This document shows, one piece after another, positions 38,171-46,879 of a stretch of 64,000 nucleotides of DNA. Position numbers and translations under genes: made by a program. This stretch comes from a virus: positions 32,001-96,000 of the IMG/VR virus record IMGVR_UViG_3300046804_003518. One strand, written 5' to 3'. The notes below the pieces were generated by a model that saw only the letters and a program-made list of their open reading frames with translations, was not told where the DNA came from and did not search any database. Position 1 is the stretch's first letter. The number at the start of each line of letters is the position of its first letter.

Positions 38171-39724
38171 ATGGAATTATTTGGCTTTACAATTAAACGA
38201 AAGGAAGAGGAACAGCCACAGATTGTGGCAGTCACTCAGCCTTCTTTCGTTCCTCCAGTAAATGACGATGGTGCCGTTATCGTATCAGGTGGCGGCGTTG
38301 TTGGTACTTATGTTGACCTAGAGGGTACAGCAAGAACCGAAGCTGAGCTAATCACAAGATATCGTCAGCTATCTCTCCAGCCAGAAATTGAAACTGCAGT
38401 AGAAGAAATTGTAGGTGAGATGATCTCCTATGATTCTAACCAAGAGCAGGTCAATATCAATCTTGACGATCTTGAGTTTTCAAAACAACTGAAAGACAAA
38501 ATTGTAGATGAGTTTGATGAAGTTAAGAAACTACTTGACTTCTCATCATCTGGTTTTGATATTATCAGAAGATGGTACATTGATGGTAGATTATACTATC
38601 ATGTAATTATTGATACAACAAACCCACAAGATGGTATTAAAGAGCTACGCTACATTGATCCAAGAAAGATTAGAAAGATCAGAGAGATCAAAAAAGACAA
38701 GAAGACAATTACTGTCCAAAATGAATACTACATGTACAATGATAAGGGGTTCCAGTCAAAGGAAGTCACATCATCTACAAATGGTTTAAGAATTGCCAAA
38801 GATTCAATTGTTCTAGTATCATCAGGTATACTAGACGAAAATAATTCATACGTTCTGTCATACCTTCATAAGGCTATTAAGCCTATGAACCAGTTACGTA
38901 TGTTGGAAGATGCTTCCGTTATCTATAGATTAACAAGAGCACCAGAAAGAAGAGTATTCTATATTGATGTTGGCAACCTTCCAAAGATGAAGGCAGAACA
39001 ATATCTTGCTGATATGATGCAGCGTCATAAGAATAGATTAGTCTATGATGCCACAACCGGTGAAGTCAGAGACGATAGAAAGTTTATGACAATGACAGAA
39101 GACTTCTGGATTCCTCGTCGTGAAGGTGGCAAGGGCACAGAAATCCAAACTCTGCCTCCAGGTGCAAATCTAGGTCAGATGGATGATGTTCTATACTTCC
39201 AGAAGAGATTGTATCAGTCGCTACATGTTCCTGTAACAAGACTAAATTCAGAACAAGGATTTAGCCTAGGTAGATCTGCAGAGATTACAAGAGAAGAACT
39301 AAGATTCTCAAAGTTTGTTGACCGCCTAAGAATGAAGTTCTCAGTGTTGTTTAAGGAAGCTCTTGGTAAGCAGCTAGTACTAAAGGGTATCGTTGCTCAA
39401 GAAGAACTACCTGAGATTATGTCAAAGGTCAAGTTTGACTATGTCCAAGATGGCTACTTCACAGAGTTGAAGGAAGCTGAGATTATTACAAACAGAGTCA
39501 ATACTGTAAAGAATATGGAAGATATGATTGGCGTTTACTACTCTCGCAACTTTGTTCGTAAGAAGGTTCTACGTCTATCAGACGATGATATTGAACAAAT
39601 GGAAGAAGAGAATGCTGAGGATCCAATCCTTCAGCAGCAGGCTCAGCAACAAGATGCTCAGCAAGAGATGGAACAGCAGCAAACCCAACTCCAGCAGCGT
39701 AAAGCTGATATGGAGCAGGTTTAA
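38171..39724 (+). CDS. gp20: Portal vertex protein
   Basis: MELFGF.I...LI.RYR.L...PE...A...IV...RWYIDGR.YYH...LHKAIKP.NQLRMLEDA.VIYR..RAPERR.FYIDVGNLPK.KAEQYL. Confidence 0.97.
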   Translation: MELFGFTIKRKEEEQPQIVAVTQPSFVPPVNDDGAVIVSGGGVVGTYVDLEGTARTEAELITRYRQLSLQPEIETAVEEIVGEMISYDSNQEQVNINLDDLEFSKQLKDKIVDEFDEVKKLLDFSSSGFDIIRRWYIDGRLYYHVIIDTTNPQDGIKELRYIDPRKIRKIREIKKDKKTITVQNEYYMYNDKGFQSKEVTSSTNGLRIAKDSIVLVSSGILDENNSYVLSYLHKAIKPMNQLRMLEDASVIYRLTRAPERRVFYIDVGNLPKMKAEQYLADMMQRHKNRLVYDATTGEVRDDRKFMTMTEDFWIPRREGGKGTEIQTLPPGANLGQMDDVLYFQKRLYQSLHVPVTRLNSEQGFSLGRSAEITREELRFSKFVDRLRMKFSVLFKEALGKQLVLKGIVAQEELPEIMSKVKFDYVQDGYFTELKEAEIITNRVNTVKNMEDMIGVYYSRNFVRKKVLRLSDDDIEQMEEENAEDPILQQQAQQQDAQQEMEQQQTQLQQRKADMEQV

Positions 39725-39735
39725 TTGAACAGATT

Positions 39736-39743
39736 GATAAATA
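39736..39743 (+). promoter_or_regulatory. Late promoter variant
   Basis: GATAAATA upstream of the prohead core genes. Confidence 0.7.
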
Positions 39744-39765
39744 ATTAGAATATTGGAGTTATTAT

Positions 39766-39990
39766 ATGTCAGAACAAGTAAGAGATATGATTGGTGCAGT
39801 TATCAACCAGGATGCAGCAGCATTCCTTGATAAGTTTGAAACTGCAATCAACACAAAGGTAGCAGCTAAGCTGGATGCAATGTATCCAGAGGTAGCTCAC
39901 GCAGTAATGAATCCACAGGCTGAAGCTTCAGAAGCTCCAGCCGAAACACCAGCTGAGCCAGCTAGTGCAGAAGCACCTGCTGCAGAATAA
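39766..39990 (+). CDS. gp67: Prohead core protein (gp67-like)
   Basis: Position after the portal; helical N-half (F...IN.KV..KL) and an acidic Ala/Glu/Pro tail. Confidence 0.65.
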   Translation: MSEQVRDMIGAVINQDAAAFLDKFETAINTKVAAKLDAMYPEVAHAVMNPQAEASEAPAETPAEPASAEAPAAE

Positions 39991-40002
39991 CAGAGGACAA
40001 TC

Positions 40003-41454
40003 ATGGCCACAATCCGCGAATCATTAAAAAAGCTAACAGAAGTTGCAAAGCCTGTTCCTGGTGATGAGCAGGAGTTTGTGGCTAAGCATGTTATTAAAAC
40101 ATTTGACCTACAAGGTAAGGATGCTATTCATAAGGACGAAACTCCATATGAAGCAATCCTAAAGAATGTAGCTGCAGTAAAGAGCCCATCTGAAAGAGCT
40201 GAAAAGCCTGGTGAGAACCATGGCCACAATAAGCCAGGCGAATCAGAGGCTGCCTACCATGTTCCAGAATCAAGAGAGCAAAAGATTGCAAAGCTTTCAA
40301 TGATGATGGAGGCAACAATTGACCCAAAAGAACAACAGCTAGCTGATGCATTAAAGAGTCTGCTAGCTGAAACATTTTCCCTTTACCTAAAGGCCCATCA
40401 CTACCACTGGAATGTAATGGGTCCAGACTTTGCTCAGTACCACGAATTCCTTGGTGAGCTATATGCAGAGGTTCATGGTGCAGTGGATATGATTGCCGAG
40501 AACATTAGAGTTCTTGGTGAACTTGCTCCAGGTAATCTTCGTACAATGGATTCAAGTCAATACACAGACCCACATTTAATGATTGTAGACCTAATGATGG
40601 ATAACGAGAAGGTTCTTCAATCATTAAAAGATTGCTACAAGCTAGCAGAGTCAATGGATAGACTTGGTATTTCTAATTTCCTACAAGATAGACTAACAGC
40701 ACACGAGAAACATCACTGGATGATGCAAGCAATTGCTGGCGTCAAAGGTGAGGAGCCAATGCAGGAAGCAAAGCAAGTCACTGGCGTTAAGATGCACTAT
40801 CATAACCCAAAGACTGGTGAGAAGTTCCATGAGATTCATTTCTCAGTTCCTGCTGCAGAGAAGTTTAGAAAGCAGCACGAGAAGGCTGGCTTTAAGTTAG
40901 TAAAGAAAGAAGCACAGTTTAGTGAGGCTGCAACTCCAGCTCAGCAAGCTGCTATTGCCATTGCCATGAAAAAGGCTGGCAAGAAGCCAAAGGGCATGAA
41001 GGAAGAGGCTGAACAAATTGATGAAATTAAGTTTAGTGATGTTCTTAAAGCTACTCATGGTAAGTCACCAGAAGAGAAGCAAGCAATTATTAAGCAGATG
41101 CGTGATCAAGAAAATGCATCAAAGCCTAAGGCTAAACCTCGTCCTCCTGAAAAAGTAGAACCAGGTCCAATTGGCAGCAGATTTGATGAAGAGAATAGAC
41201 CACTACTTCCAAGACAAAAAGAAATTGCTCGTGAACTTCTAAAGAAAGAAATGGAAGCTCGTAAGAAGCAACGCAATGACAACAGACAAGCTGGCACTCC
41301 AAAGATTACAGAATCTGAAGAGAGCAGAAGAGAAGAAAACGATAAGGAGCGCGAGGCAAGAGTAGCAACTCCAAGACCTCATACACCAAAAGGTGTTGAG
41401 GCAATGAGATATAGACTTCAGTCTGTTAAAAAGCAGATTATTGACAAAACATGA
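40003..41454 (+). CDS. Prohead-core/internal head polyprotein containing a Dps (ferritin-like) domain at about 40312-40767
   Basis: L...LAETFSLYLKAHHYHWNVMGPDF..YHEFL.ELY.....AVD.IAE.IR.LG...L.DRL..HEK..WM, flanked by MME/A and MQE/A; further [LIFM]-x-E sites separate charged modules. Confidence 0.8.
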   Translation: MATIRESLKKLTEVAKPVPGDEQEFVAKHVIKTFDLQGKDAIHKDETPYEAILKNVAAVKSPSERAEKPGENHGHNKPGESEAAYHVPESREQKIAKLSMMMEATIDPKEQQLADALKSLLAETFSLYLKAHHYHWNVMGPDFAQYHEFLGELYAEVHGAVDMIAENIRVLGELAPGNLRTMDSSQYTDPHLMIVDLMMDNEKVLQSLKDCYKLAESMDRLGISNFLQDRLTAHEKHHWMMQAIAGVKGEEPMQEAKQVTGVKMHYHNPKTGEKFHEIHFSVPAAEKFRKQHEKAGFKLVKKEAQFSEAATPAQQAAIAIAMKKAGKKPKGMKEEAEQIDEIKFSDVLKATHGKSPEEKQAIIKQMRDQENASKPKAKPRPPEKVEPGPIGSRFDEENRPLLPRQKEIARELLKKEMEARKKQRNDNRQAGTPKITESEESRREENDKEREARVATPRPHTPKGVEAMRYRLQSVKKQIIDKT

Positions 41455-41732
41455 AAAAGTTTTTAGATTATCTTAATGAAGAAGGTGAACTACAAGGAGG
41501 CTTGCATAGCAAGAATCCAGTAAAAGCAAGAAAGGCTGGTGGGCAGCTTAGAGCAGAAATGCGTAATAAGATTCCCGCCAGTGATGCAGAGAGATTAATT
41601 AGCAAGTATAGTAACCATCCTGCACTTGCTGCAAGTTTAAGACATGCAAAGGAAAAGTATCCTGAAGCTGACGTGAGACCAATATTAAAGACTCACATTA
41701 GACGAATGAAGATACCACATATGGGTGTATAA
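41451..41732 (+). CDS. Putative internal head protein with a capsid-targeting-like N-terminus
   Basis: MKKFLDYLNE/E resembles T4 IPII/IPIII MKTYQEFIAE/A; basic remainder. Confidence 0.6.
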   Translation: MKKFLDYLNEEGELQGGLHSKNPVKARKAGGQLRAEMRNKIPASDAERLISKYSNHPALAASLRHAKEKYPEADVRPILKTHIRRMKIPHMGV

Positions 41733-41734
41733 AC

Positions 41735-42001
41735 ATGGCAGACACAGTAAAGTTTTTAGCTTCTGAAATAACATTAACAAGTGCTAATACCGTTGGCTTA
41801 GCTAACATTGTTAGACTTGTTAATACAGACAACACAACAGCTTCAACCATTACACAGAAGAATGGTGGTTCAACAGTGGCTACATTTACACTTGGTACAA
41901 GGGATTCAGCCTTTGGTTGTATCTATGTAATGAAGACACCAGCCCATACACTAGAAGCATCAGGCGGTACAGTTAAAGCTGTATCAATAGCCTACTATTA
42001 A
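41735..42001 (+). CDS. Conserved small beta-rich protein upstream of the prohead protease
   Basis: A..VRLVN...T.T...G...V....K.P...L.A....V.AV.IAY pattern, position typical of T4-like aquatic phages. Confidence 0.6.
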   Translation: MADTVKFLASEITLTSANTVGLANIVRLVNTDNTTASTITQKNGGSTVATFTLGTRDSAFGCIYVMKTPAHTLEASGGTVKAVSIAYY

Positions 42002-42013
42002 AGGTAAACGACA

Positions 42014-42673
42014 ATGAAACTAATCTGCGAAGTATTAGAAGAAGTAAAGTTAATAACAGAAGAAAAGGAAGATGGCAAGAAGGACTTCTATATTGAAGGT
42101 GTCTTCATGCAGGCTGATATTCAAAATAGAAATGGCCGTATCTATCCAATGCCTGTTATGGAAAAAGAAGTTGGTCGCTACGTAAAAGAATACGTAAACA
42201 CTAAAAGAGCTTTTGGTGAACTTGGTCATCCAGAAGGTCCACAAATTAACTTAGACCGTGTATCTCACGTTATTACTGAGTTAAAGAGAGATGGATCAAA
42301 TATTGTTGGCCGTGCAAAGTTACTAGAGACACCAATGGGTAATATCGCTAAGAGTATTATTCAAGGTGGTGGTTCCCTAGGCGTATCTTCACGTGGTATG
42401 GGTTCATTGAAAGAAAAGAACGGCATTATGGAAGTGCAAGATGACTTCCTATTAGCCACAGCTGCTGATATTGTTGCTGACCCTTCAGCCCCTAATGCAT
42501 TTGTTAATGGCATTATGGAGGGTGTAGAGTGGGTCTGGGATAATGGTATCCTCAAACAGCATCAAATTGAGCAGTATAAGCAAGAGATTGAGAAGGCGGC
42601 AGCCAAACCAAATAAGCGTGCTCTTGAAGAAGCAATGCTTAGAACGTGGTCTGACTTCCTGTCAAAACTCTAA
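42014..42673 (+). CDS. gp21: Prohead core protease
   Basis: FYIEGVFMQADI.NRNGRIYP...RAFGELGHPEGP.INLDRVSH...GVSSRGMGSL...DIVADPSAP.AFV.GIME. Confidence 0.97.
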   Translation: MKLICEVLEEVKLITEEKEDGKKDFYIEGVFMQADIQNRNGRIYPMPVMEKEVGRYVKEYVNTKRAFGELGHPEGPQINLDRVSHVITELKRDGSNIVGRAKLLETPMGNIAKSIIQGGGSLGVSSRGMGSLKEKNGIMEVQDDFLLATAADIVADPSAPNAFVNGIMEGVEWVWDNGILKQHQIEQYKQEIEKAAAKPNKRALEEAMLRTWSDFLSKL

Positions 42674-42676
42674 TTT

Positions 42677-42684
42677 TATAAATA
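42677..42684 (+). promoter_or_regulatory. T4-type late promoter
   Basis: Exact TATAAATA upstream of gp22. Confidence 0.85.
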
Positions 42685-42724
42685 ATATTAACCAATTTAC
42701 GTAAAATTTTTGGGAGAAAATACA

Positions 42725-43585
42725 ATGTCAGATCTTCAAGAGTTTAAGGTTGACGCCGTCAACGCTGAAGTAGCCGATCCAGTTGCACCAGCTGGTGGCG
42801 AAGATAGCTCAAAGGCGTCTAAGAAGGGCAAGCCAGAAATGCCAATGGAAAAGCTAAAGGCCGTACAAGAGGACCTAGCTGCTCTATTTGACGGTTCTGA
42901 GCTAACTGAGGATTTCAGAGAAAAAGCAACAGTCATTTTTGAAGCTGCTATCAACGAGAAAGTATCTGGCGTTGTAGCATCTCTAGAAGAGCAATACGAA
43001 GCAAAGCTAACTGAAGAAGTAGCTGCTATTGAGGAAGCTCTTGTAGAAAAGATCGATAGCTACCTAGACTACGTGGTCGAACAGTGGGTAGAAGAGAACA
43101 AGCTAGCAATTGAAAGCGGTATTAAGGCCGAAGTAGTTGAGAGCTTCATGGAAGGACTAAAGGGTCTTTTCACAGAACATTATGTTGATGCTCCACAAGA
43201 GAAGCTAGACATCCTAGCCCAGGCACAGTCAGAAGTTGAAGAACTAAAGACAAAGTTGTCTGCATCAATCAATGAAAATATTGAACTATCTAAGAAGCTA
43301 GAAGCTGCAGAAGCAGAAAAGGTATTTTCTGAAGTATCAGAAGGCCTAGCTGCAACGCAGGTTGAGAAGCTTCGTACATTAGCAGAAGGCCTAGAGTATG
43401 CTGACGTTTCTTCATATAAGAAGAAGCTAGGCATGATCAAGGAATCCTACTTTGCTGCTAAGAAGGTAGAGTCAAATGCTCAGCAACAGCTAAATGAGGA
43501 AGTCGCTCCTGCTCCAGCAGAGAAGGTAGTTGATCCAGTCATGAATAAGTACGCTGCAGCGATTTCCCGTTCGGTCCAAAAGTAA
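42725..43585 (+). CDS. gp22: Prohead scaffolding protein
   Basis: LTEDF.EKA.VIFEAA...KID.YLDYVVE.W.EEN.LAIE.GIK.E..ESFM.GLK.LF.EHY; likely start ATG 42725. Confidence 0.95.
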   Translation: MSDLQEFKVDAVNAEVADPVAPAGGEDSSKASKKGKPEMPMEKLKAVQEDLAALFDGSELTEDFREKATVIFEAAINEKVSGVVASLEEQYEAKLTEEVAAIEEALVEKIDSYLDYVVEQWVEENKLAIESGIKAEVVESFMEGLKGLFTEHYVDAPQEKLDILAQAQSEVEELKTKLSASINENIELSKKLEAAEAEKVFSEVSEGLAATQVEKLRTLAEGLEYADVSSYKKKLGMIKESYFAAKKVESNAQQQLNEEVAPAPAEKVVDPVMNKYAAAISRSVQK

Positions 43586-43591
43586 CCAATT

Positions 43592-43599
43592 TATAAATA
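43592..43599 (+). promoter_or_regulatory. T4-type late promoter
   Basis: Exact TATAAATA upstream of gp23; RBS AAGGAG. Confidence 0.9.
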
Positions 43600-43627
43600 T
43601 TAGATAACCCCTAAAGGAGAGATAAAG

Positions 43628-44971
43628 ATGTTTTCTAACGAACAACTTCTAAAGAAGTGGCAGCCAGTTCTTGAGCACGCAGACCTTCCAGCAATTAAGG
43701 ATTCTCTACGTAAGTCAGTAACTGCTCAGCTACTAGAAAATACAGAGCGTTCAATGGCAGAAAACGGCGGTGGCGCACGTGCTCTATTGGAAGCTGGTAC
43801 ACACACACCAACTAACGCAACTGGCACAGCTGGTTTCGGTGATGGCGTTGCAAACTACGATCCAGTGCTAATCTCACTAGTTCGTCGTTCAATGCCAAAC
43901 CTAGTTGCTTATGACGTTTGCGGCGTTCAGCCAATGACAGGCCCAACAGGCTTGATCTTCGCAATGCGCAGCAAGTACAGCTCAGCAGCTAACTCAGCTA
44001 CAGAAGCATTCTACAACGAAGCTAACACAGCCTTCTCAACGATTGCACTAGGTAACTCAACAGTTAACCTACCAGGCTATCGTAACGTAGGTACAGTTCC
44101 TGGTACAGCAAACAACGCAGAGTCCAACACATATAACTGGGCCGGCGGTATGTCAACAAACCAGGCTGAAGCACTAGGTAACGCTTCAAACGCAGCTTTC
44201 GCAAACATGGCTTTCTCAATTGAGAAGGTTTCTGTTGAAGCAAAGAGCCGCGCATTGAAGGCAGAGTACACAATGGAACTAGCCCAAGATCTAAAGGCTA
44301 TCCATGGTCTAGATGCCGAAGCAGAGCTATCAAACATTCTACAGTCAGAAATCCTTGTAGAAATCAACCGCGAAGTTATCCGTACAATCAACGTAACAGC
44401 TAAGCGCGGTGCTAACTCAACAACATCAGCCGGTACATTCGACCTAGACGTCGACGCAAACGGCCGTTGGTCAGTTGAGAAGTTCAAGGGTCTAATGTTC
44501 CAAGTAGAACGCGAAGCTAACCAAATTGCCAAGGACACACGTCGTGGCAAGGGTAACATCATCCTATGTTCGTCAGATGTTGCATCTGCCCTACAAATGG
44601 CTGGTGTTCTAGACTACGCTCCTGCTCTAAACAGCAACGCTCTAAACGTTGACGACACAGGCAACACATTTGCTGGTGTTCTAAACGGTCGTATCAAGGT
44701 CTACATCGACCCATACGTAACAGACAACTACATGACAGTTGGCTATAAGGGCGCAAGCGCATTCGATGCTGGTATCTTCTACTGCCCATACGTTCCACTA
44801 CAGATGGTTCGTGCAGTCGGTGAAGATTCATTCCAGCCAAAGATTGGCTTCAAGACACGCTACGGCATGGTCGCAAATCCATTCGCAGAAGGTGCTGCAT
44901 ATGGCAATGGCGCTATGACAAAGGACGCAAACGTATACTACAGACGCGTTCTAGTAAGCAACCTACTATAA
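43628..44971 (+). CDS. gp23: Major capsid protein
   Basis: KWQPVL...DPVLISLVRR.MPNL.AYD.CGVQPMTGPTGLIFAMR...KSRALKAEYT.ELAQDLKAIHGLDAE.EL...FQPKIGFKTRYG. Confidence 0.99.
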   Translation: MFSNEQLLKKWQPVLEHADLPAIKDSLRKSVTAQLLENTERSMAENGGGARALLEAGTHTPTNATGTAGFGDGVANYDPVLISLVRRSMPNLVAYDVCGVQPMTGPTGLIFAMRSKYSSAANSATEAFYNEANTAFSTIALGNSTVNLPGYRNVGTVPGTANNAESNTYNWAGGMSTNQAEALGNASNAAFANMAFSIEKVSVEAKSRALKAEYTMELAQDLKAIHGLDAEAELSNILQSEILVEINREVIRTINVTAKRGANSTTSAGTFDLDVDANGRWSVEKFKGLMFQVEREANQIAKDTRRGKGNIILCSSDVASALQMAGVLDYAPALNSNALNVDDTGNTFAGVLNGRIKVYIDPYVTDNYMTVGYKGASAFDAGIFYCPYVPLQMVRAVGEDSFQPKIGFKTRYGMVANPFAEGAAYGNGAMTKDANVYYRRVLVSNLL

Positions 44972-44995
44972 TCCTTAACGGGAAAATAGAAAGAG

Positions 44996-45022
44996 AGGGC
45001 CGCGAAAGCGGCCCTTTTTTTT
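44996..45022 (+). terminator. Intrinsic terminator after gp23
   Basis: AGGGCCGC-GAAA-GCGGCCCT followed by a T-tract. Confidence 0.92.
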
Positions 45023-45026
45023 GCTT

Positions 45027-45034
45027 GATAAATA
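45027..45034 (+). promoter_or_regulatory. Late promoter variant
   Basis: GATAAATA directly after the terminator. Confidence 0.65.
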
Positions 45035-45039
45035 TTGGT

Positions 45040-45648
45040 ATGGAAATGCATTCATTCAAAACATATCTTAGTGAGCAAGCTGAGCTTGGTCTAACAGTGT
45101 TTGACCTTGACGAAACACTATTCCACACAAAAGCTAAGATTAAAGTAATGCATGGCAGTAAAGTAGTTCATACGTTAGATAATCAACAATACAATCATTA
45201 TAAACTTAAACAAGGTGAGTCGTTTGATTACGGTGAATTCAGAAGTGCTGATATATTTGAAAAGACTTCTACGCCAGTAGCAAAAATGATTGGTAAGGCA
45301 AAAGCAATTATTAACAATGCTTTTGCAAAGGGCTCAAGAGTTATTATATCAACAGCTAGAGCAGATTTTGATAATAAAGAAGTTTTTCTAAGAGCGTTAG
45401 ATGCTCATGGTATTGACACCAGTAAGATACACGTTGAGAGAGCTGGCAACCTAAAGCTGGGCTCTAGTGCTAAAAACAAAAAAGCTATATTTCGTAAGTA
45501 TCTAAGAAGTGGTCTATATAAAAGAATTAGATTCTTTGATGATGATGCAAACAATTTGACAAGTTTCAAATCTTTGCAAAAAGAATATCCACAAGTACTA
45601 TTCCAAGCATGGCATGTAGGTCCAGATGGTTCTGTAACAAAATACTGA
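45040..45648 (+). CDS. HAD-superfamily phosphatase with a capsid-targeting-like leader
   Basis: Motif I VFDLDETLF, motif II STAR, motif IV FFDDD; leader MHSFKTYLSE. Start at 45040 or 45046. Confidence 0.75.
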   Translation: MEMHSFKTYLSEQAELGLTVFDLDETLFHTKAKIKVMHGSKVVHTLDNQQYNHYKLKQGESFDYGEFRSADIFEKTSTPVAKMIGKAKAIINNAFAKGSRVIISTARADFDNKEVFLRALDAHGIDTSKIHVERAGNLKLGSSAKNKKAIFRKYLRSGLYKRIRFFDDDANNLTSFKSLQKEYPQVLFQAWHVGPDGSVTKY

Positions 45649-45656
45649 GGTGATTT

Positions 45657-45866
45657 ATGATTGAGAATGCTAGATTTATGACTAAGTTTGTTAAAGAAAA
45701 CAGAACAGCAGAGTTGTTTCAGCTTGATGATAGATCAGGCTACATTGTAAGAATGATTGAAAATCAAAAAATTAAAGAAGATAGAGTCATCAAGGGCAAG
45801 TCTATCTATTACATTAACGATACGTGTGAAAACTGGTGTGAAGGTATAATTGACCCATGGATCTAA
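45657..45866 (+). CDS. Small conserved hypothetical protein
   Basis: Ends GKS.YY..D..ENW..G, a pattern recurrent in T4-like phages; RBS GAGG. Confidence 0.6.
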   Translation: MIENARFMTKFVKENRTAELFQLDDRSGYIVRMIENQKIKEDRVIKGKSIYYINDTCENWCEGIIDPWI

Positions 45867-46879
45867 TTCCTATTGAAGTTGATAGCAGTGGATTTAAACG
45901 CCACGAGATGTTAAAACATTTAGTCCGACTTGATTTGGACTTAACAGGTCTATGCAATAGACAATGTTCATTTTGTCCTCGTAGTTTGGATGCTGACCCT
46001 TTGTATCCCAATATCAACAAGCAAATGTCAATGGAAACAATTGAGATTGTTATTAAAGAACTGCTATCAATAAATTTTAAAGGTTGGGTAGAGCTAGCCG
46101 GTAGAGGCGAAAGCACACTCCATAAAAAATTTGAAACTATTGTGGATATGTTAACTGCTGCTCCTAGACAGTGGAAAGTCAGACTAACAACAAATGGTTA
46201 TAAAATAGATGAGTGGTGGAACTCTTCGGTTGGAATGAAGTTAGATGAACTTATTCTTAATAGTTATGAATCTGAACAAGAGTATATTGATAGACAGCAA
46301 CAGTATGTTACCCTTCCTAGTGGAGGTTCAGTATATCACTACTATAAGCAAGATGGCTTTACTATTGACCAAATAAACAACATGCCCTCTTATAAAGAAA
46401 ACGGAAAGAATTGGAAACACGCCTTTAACAATAGAGCTGGTTATTTTAAAAACCAGGATAGAAGAAATGTTGAATTGGATTATACAAACTTGGTTACACT
46501 TCCTAATGGCAAGAAAATAAAAATTAGTGAGGCACCTTGTTGGCATCCAATGAGACAAATATTCATTGACTTTGACGGTAATTATCAGATGTGCTGTAAT
46601 GACTGGTTAAGTCAAATAAAAATTGGCAATGTTCACGAGAGATCATTAATTGATATGTACTTAAATGATCCTAAAATTAATAGAATAAGATGGAGATTGT
46701 TGAATAAAGATAGAACAACAATTTTGCCATGCGCCAAGTGTGATGATATCCAAGGGGCCACAACACAGGCAGTAGAGACTGTCACAAGATTCAAAAAGAG
46801 TAAAGCATATCAAGAACACGTTGTTCCATTAGCGAGACTTGGCAAGCAATTTGATTCAGATTTAATAAAGGGTATATGA
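45857..46879 (+). CDS. Radical SAM protein with SPASM/twitch domain
   Basis: CNRQCSFC; GRGESTLH; C.HP...IFID.DG...MCCND...IGNV...CAKCD. Confidence 0.88.
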   Translation: MDLIPIEVDSSGFKRHEMLKHLVRLDLDLTGLCNRQCSFCPRSLDADPLYPNINKQMSMETIEIVIKELLSINFKGWVELAGRGESTLHKKFETIVDMLTAAPRQWKVRLTTNGYKIDEWWNSSVGMKLDELILNSYESEQEYIDRQQQYVTLPSGGSVYHYYKQDGFTIDQINNMPSYKENGKNWKHAFNNRAGYFKNQDRRNVELDYTNLVTLPNGKKIKISEAPCWHPMRQIFIDFDGNYQMCCNDWLSQIKIGNVHERSLIDMYLNDPKINRIRWRLLNKDRTTILPCAKCDDIQGATTQAVETVTRFKKSKAYQEHVVPLARLGKQFDSDLIKGI

